Shown: piece by piece, positions 1 to 11,731 of the stretch
How the letters are laid out: the number at the start of each line of letters is the position of its first letter
Position numbering within the stretch: position 1 is the first letter of the stretch
Origin: Octopus vulgaris
Lineage: Eukaryota
Length of the DNA stretch: 64,000 nt
Direction: 5' to 3'
NCBI GenBank assembly: GCA_951406725.2
Contig: OX597814.1
Coordinates: forward strand, 182,032,001-182,096,000
Notes under the pieces: model-generated
What the model was told of the DNA's origin: nothing
The model's input: only the letters and a program-made list of their open reading frames with translations
The model's database searches: none
Position numbers and translations under genes: made by a program

Positions 1-406
1 TTTTTACGTGTCACCAGCACGGGTATCTTAACTACAATTTCCATTTGATAGGTTATTGAATTGTACATTTCTCATTGACTGACTTGGACCTAAGTCAATG
101 AGTGACTTGTGGGTTGCTGATAGGTGGGAATTTCGGTAGAAACGATCAGACTGCCTATCGTTTGTACAAGAGGAGATACCTCTGGGATAGAGCTGGTGGA
201 TGTCAAGTAATTATTGTATTCATGAAGGAATGATGATCAATGTGACTGATGGAAGGAATAGTCAGATGGTCTGCAGTTGAAACTTATTTTCATGAGGAAT
301 TTGTTCATATGCTTGCATATGAACAATAATTAATATTTCCTGTTTAAGCAGACTCATTTACTAGGTTTTAAATTCCACTTGAAACGACTTCATATATAAA
401 TATTGC

Positions 407-496
407 AGGACTCTGATGAAGTAAAACACATAATTGCATAATGTTGCTATTATTATGTAATTATTTTAGCAGTTTGCTGAAATGAGTGTATGTCTT
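407..496 (+). ncRNA. Decayed type I hammerhead ribozyme
   Basis: Stem I AGGAC/GTCTT, core CTGATGA, long stem II AGTAAAAC...GTTTGCT with inner arms ATAATTGCATAAT/ATTATGTAATTAT, then GAAAT (from GAAAC) and a GTA cleavage triplet at 488-490. Confidence 0.6.
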
Positions 497-1079
497 ATAA
501 AGCTTTGTTTTATGTTTATTATACATATATATCTATATATTATTGCACTATCTCATTTTTCTCTCCCCTATCAATATGCCACACCTATTTAAGAAATTCT
601 TTTGTTATGCTATCAAACAAGGACCATTACTCTATTTGTCTTGAGGAAGACAATGATGACAATAGAAACTACCATTATTTCTCCATTGATATTTGAAGTT
701 AAGATGAGCAAATGAACGTATGACACTTGTTTCAACAATACTATCATGAATAACCAACAGTGAGGCATAAAGGGAGCCTCTATACAATTACCTGACCTGC
801 TAGAAACAGTAGCTAAATCTGCTTTAAATCATCTGTTGCCATCTTAGAGAAGATAGACACATTGTATAATGCAGTCCTGGTAAACTATGCTAAGGAAAGA
901 GACAGAAGTGTAACAGCTGTAATGACTTTGATCATAGATCTATTCAGTCAGGGTGGATTTAGTTCTAAACAGCAACAATTATGACAACAAAGATTATGAC
1001 ACAACAAAGTAATATATTACGGAGATGTACTTGCATAGCGAGTGACTTGATCTGAGATCGTGTGCTAGAACAAAAACAA

Positions 1080-1327
1080 TTGCAGCATGGAAGGTGTTTA
1101 TAAGCCATTTAAGAAACACACAAAACCGTTAGATTCACTTCAACATTTAAATTTAATTTTGTCAAAATATTTTCGTCTCTTTGAGATGCAGCATGGAGTT
1201 TTGTCAGTGAACAGGTCACGGTCTCAAAGCGATGAAAATATTTTGACAAATTAAATTTAAATGTTGAAGTGAATCTAACGGTTTTGTGTGTTGTTTAAAT
1301 GGCTTATAAACACCTTCCATGCTGCAA
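1080..1327. repeat. Inverted repeat with ~106-bp arms (Penelope-like inverted pseudo-LTR)
   Basis: Arms 1080-1186 and 1222-1327 are near-perfect reverse complements and overlap the G3-C8 hammerhead motif. Confidence 0.85.
1200..1250 (+). ncRNA. Hammerhead ribozyme-like motif, G3-C8 core variant
   Basis: Stem I TTTGTCA/TGACAAA, core GTGAACA, stem II GTCAC/GCGAT (CpG-decayed), GAAA, palindromic minimal stem III AATATT, UUU triplet. Confidence 0.6.
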
Positions 1328-1360
1328 AGTAATATATTTTTACCAAAAATATAAACATAC

Positions 1361-1501
1361 TTAGCTCCTTTTTCAAGCACCAGTCGAGCTGAATCAGGTG
1401 TTCCATGATCCATGAACATTGCTGAAGCTTTTTCTAGTAGCTCTGCGGCTTGTTCCAGTTGTTTAGTTTCTTTGCAAAGTAATGCAACCTGTTCATAGCT
1501 C
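1361..1501 (-). CDS. NAPG: gamma-SNAP coding exon 5 (141 nt); gene apparently continues beyond window start
   Basis: TTTTAG|...|GTATGT. Encodes SYEQVALLCKETKQLEQAAELLEKASAMFMDHGTPDSARLVLEKGAK, matching human AYEQ...LIEKASMMYLENGTPDTAAMALERAGK. Confidence 0.95.
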
Positions 1502-1655
1502 CTAAAATATAGCATAGGAAACATTTTATAAAACACATAAAAACAAATTTGAATTAAATTAAATCCATCCACCACCACTGCCACCACCCACATTCATACA
1601 TACTAGTCGATTGCCTAACTTACAAACAACAAACATTTCCAAATAAAGAAACTGT

Positions 1656-2072
1656 GGATCTTTTCGGTTTGAACAGCAGTTTTTTCTAGCAGTGTCATAT
1701 GAAATTGTCACCCATAATTATGACCCTAGTATTGATCTATTGGATTTCAATCTGTTTTAAGGTTAGGGTTAGGGGTGGAGGGAAGGGTATCTTTTTTTCT
1801 TCACAAATGTAAATAAACCTAATCTGTTTCTTAAACGAGGGACATATTCATATGGCACAGAATGTTTTTTTTACCTCAATGGACGTCATTGATTGGTTGA
1901 AATAGCAGAAATTGAAGAAAAAAACAACAAGTATCTTACAAACTATAGAATTTTCTCAATAAAGCCAAGAGAAAAAGATGCTTTATAAACACATTCTACC
2001 AGTATACGAAGTTTAAAATTTTTAGTTACCTAGAAATTATGTTAAAAACTGTCATTCAAACCGAAAAGATCC
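1656..2072. mobile_element. MITE with ~30-bp TIRs and 8-bp TSD (Merlin- or hAT-like)
   Basis: GGATCTTTTCGGTTTGAA...TTCAAACCGAAAAGATCC, flanked by GAAACTGT at 1648-1655 and 2073-2080. Confidence 0.9.
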
Positions 2073-2099
2073 GAAACTGTTAGGTATGAAGACAAATAG

Positions 2100-2700
2100 C
2101 AAATATTGTTGCTATTTATTAGGCAAGCGTTAAGGCTAGATTGAAAAGTCATTGAGTGATAGTCAGAGATTTTAAACTAAATTTTATTTCTTTGCAAGAG
2201 TCTCTAACAAAGAAGCCAGTAGCCAACACTATCTGCAGAGATGACAGGAACCAGCAGATTATATGTTCATTGAAAGACACATTGCATTGCACCTGTCTCC
2301 TTTGGTCTACAGGTTTTGCGTAAATGAAGAGTTTTCTGGGATGACTCTTTCTTCTAAACTTAGTAACATAGTAGATAAGAGTGAAGAGATATTATTGAGA
2401 TGTTTAACCAAGTTTTCCCTTTTTAACATTAGTCAAGAACTACTTAGATTTATTTATTATTAAATGTTGTACTTGTAACTCAGATATACAGCTATTCTCA
2501 TCAGATTGATGAAAAGACAAGTTTGCTGCTGAAAAATGTTTTAACTGTTCAAAATCTTAATCAAGTATATCACGAGAAGAAGCAGTTTATTTTAGTTAAT
2601 TACTTAAAGTCATACCAGAAATGGATAATTCAGAATGGTTTGCCCTCATTCTTAATTCTCACTTTAAGAGATATACAATTATTTTTCTTGAAACATGAAA
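2100..2700 (+). mobile_element. Possible highly decayed hAT transposase fragment
   Basis: YSHQIDEKTS...ILVNYLK resembles the hAT 'FSLQLDESTD...LVYVR' catalytic-Asp motif, with multiple stops. Confidence 0.3.
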
Positions 2701-3084
2701 TAGAATTGGAAACACACACATACATGCATGCACACACACACACACACACTCTTTATAAATATTTTCTACTCATATTTCCAATATGTTTTCTGAAATAAAC
2801 AATCACTAAAAGTTTCCAACCGAACTATCTATTATTTACTTAATTTACCATTTTTAATAATGAGAATTTGAAATTCCTTTTGTATTGTTTATCACAGGAT
2901 TTACCCAAGAACCAACATTGTAGTCAGAATACATTATTAAAAAGGGGAAAAACTTAGAAACATCAAACTATATGTTCTCCTCAGTTCAAAAATCAAAAGG
3001 CAACAAAATTCAGTGTGTAATATATTAAAAGATATAAGTCTATTGTAACAGAGAGGGAAAGAAAAAGAAAAGCAAATGACTTAC

Positions 3085-3102
3085 TTGCCAGCATAAAATT
3101 TT
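3085..3102 (-). CDS. NAPG: gamma-SNAP 18-nt microexon (exon 4)
   Basis: CTAATCAG|AAAATTTTATGCTGGCAA|GTAAGT. Encodes (A)KFYAG(K), equivalent to human LFHAAK, and bridges exons 3 and 5 in frame. Confidence 0.9.
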
Positions 3103-5140
3103 CTGATTAGAATTAAGGAAAAATACTTTAGTTGTATCACCTTTTAGAAACATTTTAACAACTCATTAAATACTGCTATTAAACCTAAGGTAGCAAATCC
3201 TTAATTTGCTTCAAAATACTGAATTATACTGAAAGAAAACACATTATAGTAGGTCCTTTATTATTTTGAATAAACTCAAAGTATGTCTTGTTTTGTCATT
3301 ATCAGTAATGATTTTTAAGGACTGACTGTCTTTTGGCTTGGCTAGAAAAGGAAAGGTTGTGTCCGTGCTCTTTCATGGCCTCCTTGACTGATGGGAGAAA
3401 GTTATCTTCAAACCAAAGACTTGATCTGATTGTTTAGATTTGAGTGGGCTCTGTCCAAGGTACCCAAGGGTTTAGGTAGTGTTAAATTGAGTAACTGATT
3501 AAATTCCTCCCCACCCCCACCAAGAACAGATATGGTCTCTTTGACAGGCTTCCACATAATTTTCAACCACAAAATTTCATGACCCAAAACTATGTTAGAA
3601 GATATCTGCTCAAGGTGCTGCAGTGGAATTAAAACCCAAAACCATGAGGTTGTGAAGTGAACCCAGTCATTCTGTTGCAATTTTACATTACTGTAAAATT
3701 TAAGCATATATTCATCTACTTTGCCTGCAGCCCAAGCGAAAAAAAACACCACTTTCCTTTCTTCCCCACTCAAGGCACAGAATCTTAGATACTTTACTTC
3801 TTATGACAACTGAACTTAGTAAGTACTTCTACAATATCTGTTATAATTATTTTGGATTCAGCTAGGGGAAATGATTGCAGAAACAGAAAGAAGTTATATA
3901 AAACAGTGGGGAAATATAATGCAGTTTAAGAATGTTGAAGATTCAAACTAGACATTATCCTGATCATGATAATTTATATGATTTTTGTATGCTGCCATAG
4001 TTAGAGAGAGTTGCTGAATAGGATCTCTTCTGTGAGAGACATTGTTTTCAGGTCTGTCTCTTCCTATGTTTTTAATGGTCTGCTCGTACCACTTAATTTC
4101 TATAATAACACTTCAAGTATGTTTGATGCCTGGTCACATTCTTAGCTCATTTGTACCTGAACTGATCATAGTCACACAGTCAACTTGTTCTGCTTTAGAT
4201 ACTGTAGATCCAGTACATTAACTGCACATAAGTTGGACTACTGCCTTATGTGTGGTATTTGCTCTGATTGTGCTCTGAGTTTGAATAGAGCTGAGGTCAG
4301 CGTTGTCTTTTATTCTTTTAGAGTCAACAAAAAAAAAGTACCTATCCAGAACACTAGTTTAGTGGAACTGTTAAAGCATCAGGTAGGATGGCTTGTGTTG
4401 TCTGTCTAGGCCTTTGTCTACTGACAATAAAGTGTGCAATTATACTGGTGCCAAGCAGTATTGTCTTTAAAGTGGCAGCTTTTCCCTTGGATAATATCAG
4501 TGGTATGGAGAGGGGAAATTTGCATGTATGGTTAACTGCCATACTTCCCCCAAAAAATTTGCTCTTGTATCCTCAGATATGAGGATACAGGTGCAGATAT
4601 ATGCCCAATCCTGAAAGACAGGCCTTAGATATACACATACTTCTCAAAGGTTTCACAAGGAGAGCAGAAAGGTTCATTTTCAGCAAAGATAATAGTTTTC
4701 AAAATGCCTTCTAGCTCCTTCTCTAACTCATCATCGTTTAATGTTCGCTTTCCATGCTAGCATGGGTTGGACGGTTCGACTGGGGTCTGGGAAGCCAAGA
4801 GGCTGCACCAGGCCCAGTCTGATCTGGCAGTGTTTCTACAGCTGGATGCCCTTCCTAACGCCAACCACTAACTCAAGGACAATATGACATGACCAGCTCC
4901 ATCTAAGTATGTCATCTATATAACAGGCTTCCATTAAACTAGCACTGCAGTCTATAGCTCCTTGTATCATGTTAATCATGTTGCTAGTTACTTTAATACA
5001 TCTGGTGTACTCACACTCAGTTTTTCTGTCAGTCTAACCAAACAGTATTTGTTAATCCTCTGAACTCCCTTCCTGCATACAACATAGAATTATGAATCAA
5101 ACCACAACAGTATAATGGCCAAGAGCCCATGAAAGGATAC
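3103..5140 (-). other. NAPG: U12-type (minor spliceosome) GT-AG intron of NAPG
   Basis: The 5' splice site GTATCCTTT is a perfect U12 consensus. Branch site TTCCTTAAT lies at 3112-3120, about 11 nt from the AG, with no polypyrimidine tract between them. Confidence 0.9.
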
Positions 5141-5225
5141 GCATTTGTCTGAGCTTGAAGTTCTGCAGCTTTTAAATATGCATTCTTTGCTAGATCATAA
5201 GCTTTGCAAGTTCTGAAGCAAACAG
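5141..5225 (-). CDS. NAPG: gamma-SNAP coding exon 3 (85 nt)
   Basis: AACAG|...|GTATCCTTTC. Encodes AVCFRTCKAYDLAKNAYLKAAELQAQTNA, in frame with exons 2 and 4. Confidence 0.93.
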
Positions 5226-6709
5226 CTGTTAAAAAAGAAAAAGAAAAAAGGGAGAAAGAAGTCATTACACAGATTAAAAAATTTTTTTCTCCCTTTCTCT
5301 CTCACACACATGCACATAAAAAAATAATTATGACTCGTAGTAAAATATTTAATTATATTTTTATGAACTACAATATTTTGTGCCAAAATTAATGTGATAA
5401 TAAGCAAATCAGATTAATATTTCCTACTTTTTATTCTTAGTTTAAGAGCAGTGAAGACCTTAAACTGAGAAAGTTCAAAGTAGATGTCAGAAGCCAAAAC
5501 ATCACAAAGGTTGACAATCAAGCAAGGTTCCTGAGGATTGGAGAGAGAGAGAGAGAGAGCGCGTGAGAGAGAGAGAGAGATTTTCATTGTCTGGTGTCTA
5601 TTTTATAGAAAAAAAACAATGGTCTTGGTGCAATCTCCACCTCGAACAAAAGCATCCCCTTTTCAAATACATTACCACCCTTTTGAACAAGTTAATCATT
5701 TCTGTTATATCAGAAGTAACCACAATAAGGATTCCTCTATATGTAATGAAATTTCAAATTGTATTCATCTCGTGTATGCTACGTTTGGGAGACCATGCAA
5801 AAGAGTGTCTACCATTGCAATGGAATTAAGACATGCACTAAGTTGATGGCATACAAATGGTATTCTTCACAACCTCCTTGTACAGATATAAAATCAAGAT
5901 ACTTAGATGGAAGAGAGAACACTTCCAGAGAAGGTGTGTAGCATCTTGTGCATGTGATGACAAGACCATGTTATAAGGAAATTCTTGATCGGACCAAACT
6001 CAACAGCATTGTGCCTGAAGTGGTTTCATCACCAATTGTAATGGTATGATCCTGAAGAATCTCTTCTTCCTGTCATATGTCTGGAAAATAAGTCATGAGA
6101 GATTGTGGAGAAGTAGAAGGTAAGAGGTTTGCCAATTTTTCCTGCAAAATGATGATCAGAGATTGTGAGTGGATGTTCTGGACTGCAAAGTAGTGTATCA
6201 GTATAAATCAGGATGACACATACAGGCAATGATAGATGCATGCTATCCTTACTGACAGCAAAAAGAAAGAGGCATGGAAATGTTACTATGTGAAATTACT
6301 AAATAAGGAGAATGAAGAGAGAAAGAGAGAGAGGGACTACTTTAAGTAGACTCAACATATGGACCTGTTATTGAAATGAACAGCAATATAGCCGAAATAA
6401 TTCTTAAGAATATGAAAACAGGGAAGGCAAATGGACAAATTAAGAAAAGTCACTGAGATACTGAAAATATCTGAAGTAGGTTATCCACTAGTCACTCACA
6501 TAGTCAGTTATGTAATACAGAAATTCAGTTACGTAGTACAGAAGTTCACCTAAATTTTCTTTTAGTCCACCAAACACCTTTCAATTAAGCTTGCATTGGG
6601 ATGGTAGGGAGCATGTCACTTTAGACATAAACACAAAGGTTCATATAAATAAGTGAAGTGTATATAAAAATTGACACAATGTAAACAAATACAAAATTAG
6701 TTGGATTAC

Positions 6710-6777
6710 CAGCTTTTGAATATTCTTCAATTGCCACATCTAAGTCAGGTTTCCATTTAAATAATGATGTCTTCTGA
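6710..6777 (-). CDS. NAPG: gamma-SNAP coding exon 2 (68 nt)
   Basis: TTTCAG|...|GTAATC. Encodes (S)QKTSLFKWKPDLDVAIEEYSKA with the gamma-SNAP KWKPD signature. Confidence 0.95.
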
Positions 6778-8342
6778 CTGAAAGAGAAAATAAGTAAATT
6801 TCATGCACTAATTTTCTTTTAATAACAAATATTCACAATTGATATGCATATATTAATTTCATTTATGGTCCAATGAATGACTTCACAAAGTTCATATGGT
6901 TGGTTGTGAAATAAAACATAATATTTTCATAATCATCTAACTTATATTAGCATGAATTACAAGAGGGAGTCCAAAGAATATTTTTAAGTGAAAGCATAGT
7001 AACTAGATTTAGGATGGAGCAGAAAAAGTTTAAGGAACTATTACCTCTGTGGTATCAAAAGGTTTCTCTATTTGAGTAAAGGGCAGCTTATATGATGCAT
7101 ATTTATAAAGTGTGATGCTTCATGGTGGCAAGATATGGGTATTGCATGCAGAGTACAGGCAAGAGATGTGGCTGGTATGCTCTGTTGGGTGTGTAATGTT
7201 AGCATGTGTGTTCCATTAGATTTGTAATGTTAGGCTGGAAAATTTGTCAATAGGTTGTTATCCTTGCCACATACATTTAATACCACAGCAGGAACTCTAA
7301 CATCAAAATTGGTGTGACATCCAAAATTGTATATAAATTTACAGCTAAGATTTTAATATAAATGGTATTTCATAAGTGCTTAAAAGAGTTTTTCTTTTAA
7401 AGTTGATTATTTAGTCCATCACTGCTCAAAATACAATCCTTAATCTATACATAGCCAGTATATGTGTTATGTTCACAAGCATGTAGGATTAGAGATAAAG
7501 AAAAAAATTATGCTTTAAAGGAAAGAGAGAAGACTGCACTTGTATGGATACATGCTGCATATGAAGGATGATAATTTGGTGAATGAGAGTGAAATGACCA
7601 AAGTGGAAGGAATTCTTACTGAAGAGGAAGATCAAGGAAGTGGTGAAGGTTGATCTCAAGATGGAAATAGCAAAGGACAAAGGACAACATACTGCGGTGG
7701 AGTAAACTCATCAAAGCCATTTTATGATGAAAGGATGGAAAAATGGACACATGATGATGGTGACAACAATATTAACAATAATAATAAATGACACTGTTTA
7801 GTATCAACAATTATGTAGTACCAGATCAGATGTGTGTTTTATAATATATTTTATTTTTAGCCTCCCCTGGCACCTGTACCGGTGGCACGTAAAAAGCACC
7901 ATCTGTACATGGTTGATGCCAGCGCCACCTTGACTGGCTTCTATGCCAGTGGCATGTAAAAAGCACCAACCGATCATGGCCGTTGCCAGCCTCCCCTGGC
8001 ACCTATGCCGGTGGCACATAAAAAGGACCCACTACACTCACAGAGTGGTTGACATAAGGAAGGGTATCCAGCTGTAGAAACACTGCCTGATCAGACTGGG
8101 CCTGGTGCAGCCTCCTACCTTCCCAGATCCTGGTCAAACCGTCCAACCATGCAAGCATGGAAAATGGACGATGATGATGATGAGATCTAACAATAGGACA
8201 CTTGTTTTTGAGAACTAATGAGTAGTGAGATTGGCAATCTAATAACAGCTGAGTATTTGAGTTAAATAACTACCTGACTTTCAGTGCAGGAAATGGTTCT
8301 AAGAATTTTGAAATAGAAAAGAGCTACTGGCAAAGAAATATA

Positions 8343-8559
8343 TGAGGAAGTGCTGAAAAGTTCCTGACTTTAAGGGTATCATGAAAAGCCTGATTGGAGA
8401 CCAAACCTTCTGAGTTCTTTTACAAGGCTTAGAAAAACTGAAGGACTGCTGCAATAAATGTGTGAATTTGAGAGGAGAATATGTTAAGTAAAATCATAAT
8501 TAACTGATCCTCCAGTATTTCCTTCTATCCAAAGCCAGGAACTTTTCAACAACCCCTCA
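8343..8559. mobile_element. mariner-derived MITE
   Basis: TA|TGAGGAAGTGCTGAAAAGTTCCTG...CAGGAACTTTTCAACAACCCCTCA|TA. Confidence 0.8.
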
Positions 8560-9244
8560 TATACTACAAAGTATCTCATGAGATGTCCAATCAATTTCTT
8601 GCATTTCTTTTTTTTTACATCAGTCAAGCAGTGAGAGAGGAGCAGTATCCATGATCTTTGCAGGACTTCCCAGACTGGTGAGACAAATAGAGTTAAATAT
8701 TTGCAAGATTGATGTTTGCAGAAAAAATATGCACTGGAGGGAATTACAGCAGACTGCAATTCTTAGGAGAAATGACTTAGAATAGTATTTAGTACGGGTT
8801 CTAAGGGTAACCCCTACAAAATGACAGGACAAAGAAGAAAAATGTTTGTGCTGGTTCAGAAGGGCAAAAGATTTGCAGCAGTAGTAAAATGGACAAAGAG
8901 AAGAAACACTATATATGTAAACTAGTTATGCCATACAGCAGTATTTAAAGTGATAAATACCAGCCACACCTCAAATATTAATAAGTTTTGGTAACCCATG
9001 CTATTTATTAATGAAAAGTCAAAATCAAAATAGAGTTTGAATTCATATAATTAAATCTTCCATCTTTACCATGGTGTTAGATAAATCTGACATGTAGGAA
9101 ATCACATCCTACTAGATGTAAATGTATTATTAGAGCACTGATTACTGTGGTATTTGCCCTGAGAGGTCCTCTCATATAGATGTACAGTGCTAAAAGCACA
9201 GACATATATCATAATGCAAACCGTCTTGTACAGGTGCCAAAACA

Positions 9245-9286
9245 GCCAGATCTTGTGATTTCAGCATACTATGCTTCCTCAGTGGC
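9245..9286 (-). ncRNA. Type I hammerhead ribozyme (downstream copy of tandem pair)
   Basis: Minus strand reads GCCA CTGAGGA AGCAT-AGT-ATGCT GAAA TC-ACAA-GA TC^ TGGC. Confidence 0.8.
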
Positions 9287-9582
9287 AGACATCCAGCCCC
9301 ACATACCAGCCAAATCTCACTGTCAACGATATATAGAACAACAGTGGCTTTTCAGCAACTGGCATCACAAATAGTCAGCATGCTTATTCAAAACTAAAAT
9401 TAGCAATAGAAGCAGTACTAATACCAAAAAGTAATCTGTATATTCTACTAAACATGGATGTATTATTAGAACACCAAATGTTGTGGTATTAATCTTGAGA
9501 GGTCCTCTCATATAGATGCATGGTACTATAAGCACCCACATACACAGTAGTAGATGAGAACCATCTGGTATAGGTGCTGGAA

Positions 9583-9628
9583 CTACCAGATCACGTAATT
9601 TCAGTGTACTGCACTTCCTCAGTGGCAG
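9583..9628 (-). ncRNA. Type I hammerhead ribozyme (upstream copy of tandem pair)
   Basis: Minus strand reads CTGCCA CTGAGGA AGTG-CAGTA-CACT GAAA TTACGTGA TC^ TGGTAG. Confidence 0.8.
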
Positions 9629-10481
9629 ATGGTGTAGTATGTTGGTGAGTGAATCTTCGACAATCTACTGAACAGTTTTTTTTTTTATGTAGTCTAGAAT
9701 GTTTTAGTTTGTAGGAGCAGTACTATTCCAGAAATGTGAGTAGTATTCCAATATGAGTGAACAACTGGTCAGGACTGAAGTGTTTCTATTTAATCAATAA
9801 CAATAAATCTTGTAATGGAAAGATAAATCACCAATGCTAAAGAGAATATGTGTCAAAGATAAGGGAAACAACTCAGAAACATTGATTAAAAATTAAATAA
9901 GAGTGTGCATTGAGGAGTGAGTTTTGCCTTTGGTAAATAGCAATAACTCTAGACATGTTTTGGTTTTATTTGACCTCCTCAATGAAGCATAGTCTTACTG
10001 AAGATATCAGACTTCAGAGTGAATGTGAGAATATATAGAATTTTTGTGAAAAAAACATTCACTGACTCAGTATGCAGAATAATTGCATTGGAAAATTTCC
10101 CAGGGATGTCTTCTGCATGAAGAAAACATAGTCAAGTGAACTCCCATTTAAAAGTATTTTTTTTCATGAAAGGCATCCTTGGCACAATTTTGGTCTTGAA
10201 GAAGAAACCTAGTCATTGCAATGCAGTTTTGGCAATATTATACAAGATTTGAGACTTCAGAGATTGTGAGTCCAAGCATTAGTAATGATTCTGAGAGTTT
10301 CACTTATATTATTCATTGTTTTTCTATTTTTTTGCCTATTGACTTATTTAAAGAAGGAAGAGCAATGTTAATTACCTCTTTTCAGAGTCTCCTAAACATG
10401 TAAAAGAAAAGGAAGAAATTATCTTAGAGAAACCTGACTTGAATGCTTGCAACAGTATGTGCTAAGCTAAAAATACCCAAG

Positions 10482-10652
10482 GGTACAGGAGTGGCTGTGT
10501 GGTAAGTAGCTTGTTTACCAACCACATGGTTCTGGGTTCAGTCCCACTGCATGGCACCTTGGGCAAGTGTCTTTTACTATAACCTCGGGCTGACCAAATC
10601 CTTGTGAGTGGATTTGGTAGACAGAAACTGAAAGAAGCCCATTGTATATATG

Positions 10653-10706
<54 letters not shown>

Positions 10707-10898
10707 TGTGTCTGTCCCCCAACATCACTTGACAACCGATGCTGGTGTGTTTACGTCCCCGTAACTTAGTGGTTCGGCAAAAGAGACCGATAGAATAAGT
10801 ACTAGGCTTACAAAGAATAAGCCCTGGGGTCGATTTCTTTGACTAAAGCTGGTGCTCCAGCATAGCCACAGTCAAATGACTGAAACAAGTAAAAGAGT
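10482..10898 (+). mobile_element. tRNA-derived SINE (family A) with internal TA/TG microsatellite
   Basis: A box TGGCTGTGTGG, B box GGTTCAGTCCC. Full or partial copies at approx. 15717-16118, 31828-31985, 35780-36180, 40698-41100, 49385-49530 and 62085-62220 (+), and 18590-18740, 30290-30410 and 63365-63645 (-). Confidence 0.85.
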
Positions 10899-11309
10899 AA
10901 GGGCCAGGAGGTGATGTTAAACTGAGTGACATATTGAGTCTACCACACAAGGTCAGGAATCATCCCTCTATCAGGCTTTTGAACAGTTTCCATCTCCCAA
11001 ATTCACTCACAGCTTTAGTTGACCCAAGGTGTCTTGCAATGAGATCAAACCTCCAAACTGTGCTGTTGTAAAGCAAATTTATTTGCATAAACTTATTTGA
11101 TGTGCAACAATTTGAATAGCTGGGATTAAAGTTCTAATCAATGTTGGGAAGTAGAAGTAAAATTTTTGAAAGAACAAGGTATCAGAGAGTCTCCTTATGA
11201 GTTGTAAGTTCAAATCTGTAGCAGATGTTTAAATAGAAGTCTCCAAGACCTGATGCATAGGAGGAGAATGGGGGTTTAATTTTATGAAGTAAAGGTAAAG
11301 TAGAGTAAC

Positions 11310-11731
11310 TTATTATTTCTTTATTGCTCACAAGGGGCTAAACATAGAGGGGACAAACAAGTACAGACAAACAGATTAAGTCGATTACATCGACCCCAGT
11401 GCATAACTGGTACTTAATTTATCGACCCCGAAAGGATGAAAGGCAAAGTTGACCTCGGAGTAATTTGAACTCAGAATGCAGCGGTGGATGAAATACCTAT
11501 TTCTTTACTACCTAAAAGGGGGCTAAACACAGAGGGGACAAACAAGGACAGACAAATGGATTAAGTCGATTATATCAACCCCAGTGCATAACTGGTACTT
11601 ATTTAATTGACCCCAAAAGGATGAAAGGCAAAGTCAATCTTGGCGGAATTTGAACTCAGAACGTAACGGCAGATGAAATACCACTAAGTATTTCGCCCGG
11701 CGTGCTAACGTTACTGCCAGCTCGCCGTCTT
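11310..11731 (-). mobile_element. Deu/Nin-core-like SINE with tandemly duplicated 3' part
   Basis: Core GACTTTGCCTTTCATCCTTTCGGGGTCGATAAAT. Flanked by the direct repeat AGTAGAGTAACTTATT (11299-11314 and 11737-11752). Confidence 0.8.

Larger units (their letters stand above)
9115..9630 (-). repeat. Diverged partial tandem duplication (~340-bp period) carrying two hammerheads
   Basis: The block tgtattattag...gagaggtcctctcatatagatg...ttcctcagtggcaga is repeated at about 9122-9289 and 9459-9629. Confidence 0.8.

Noticed and set aside
1760-1775. GGTTAGGGTTAGGG telomere-like repeat
   Set aside because: Only two units, internal to a MITE.
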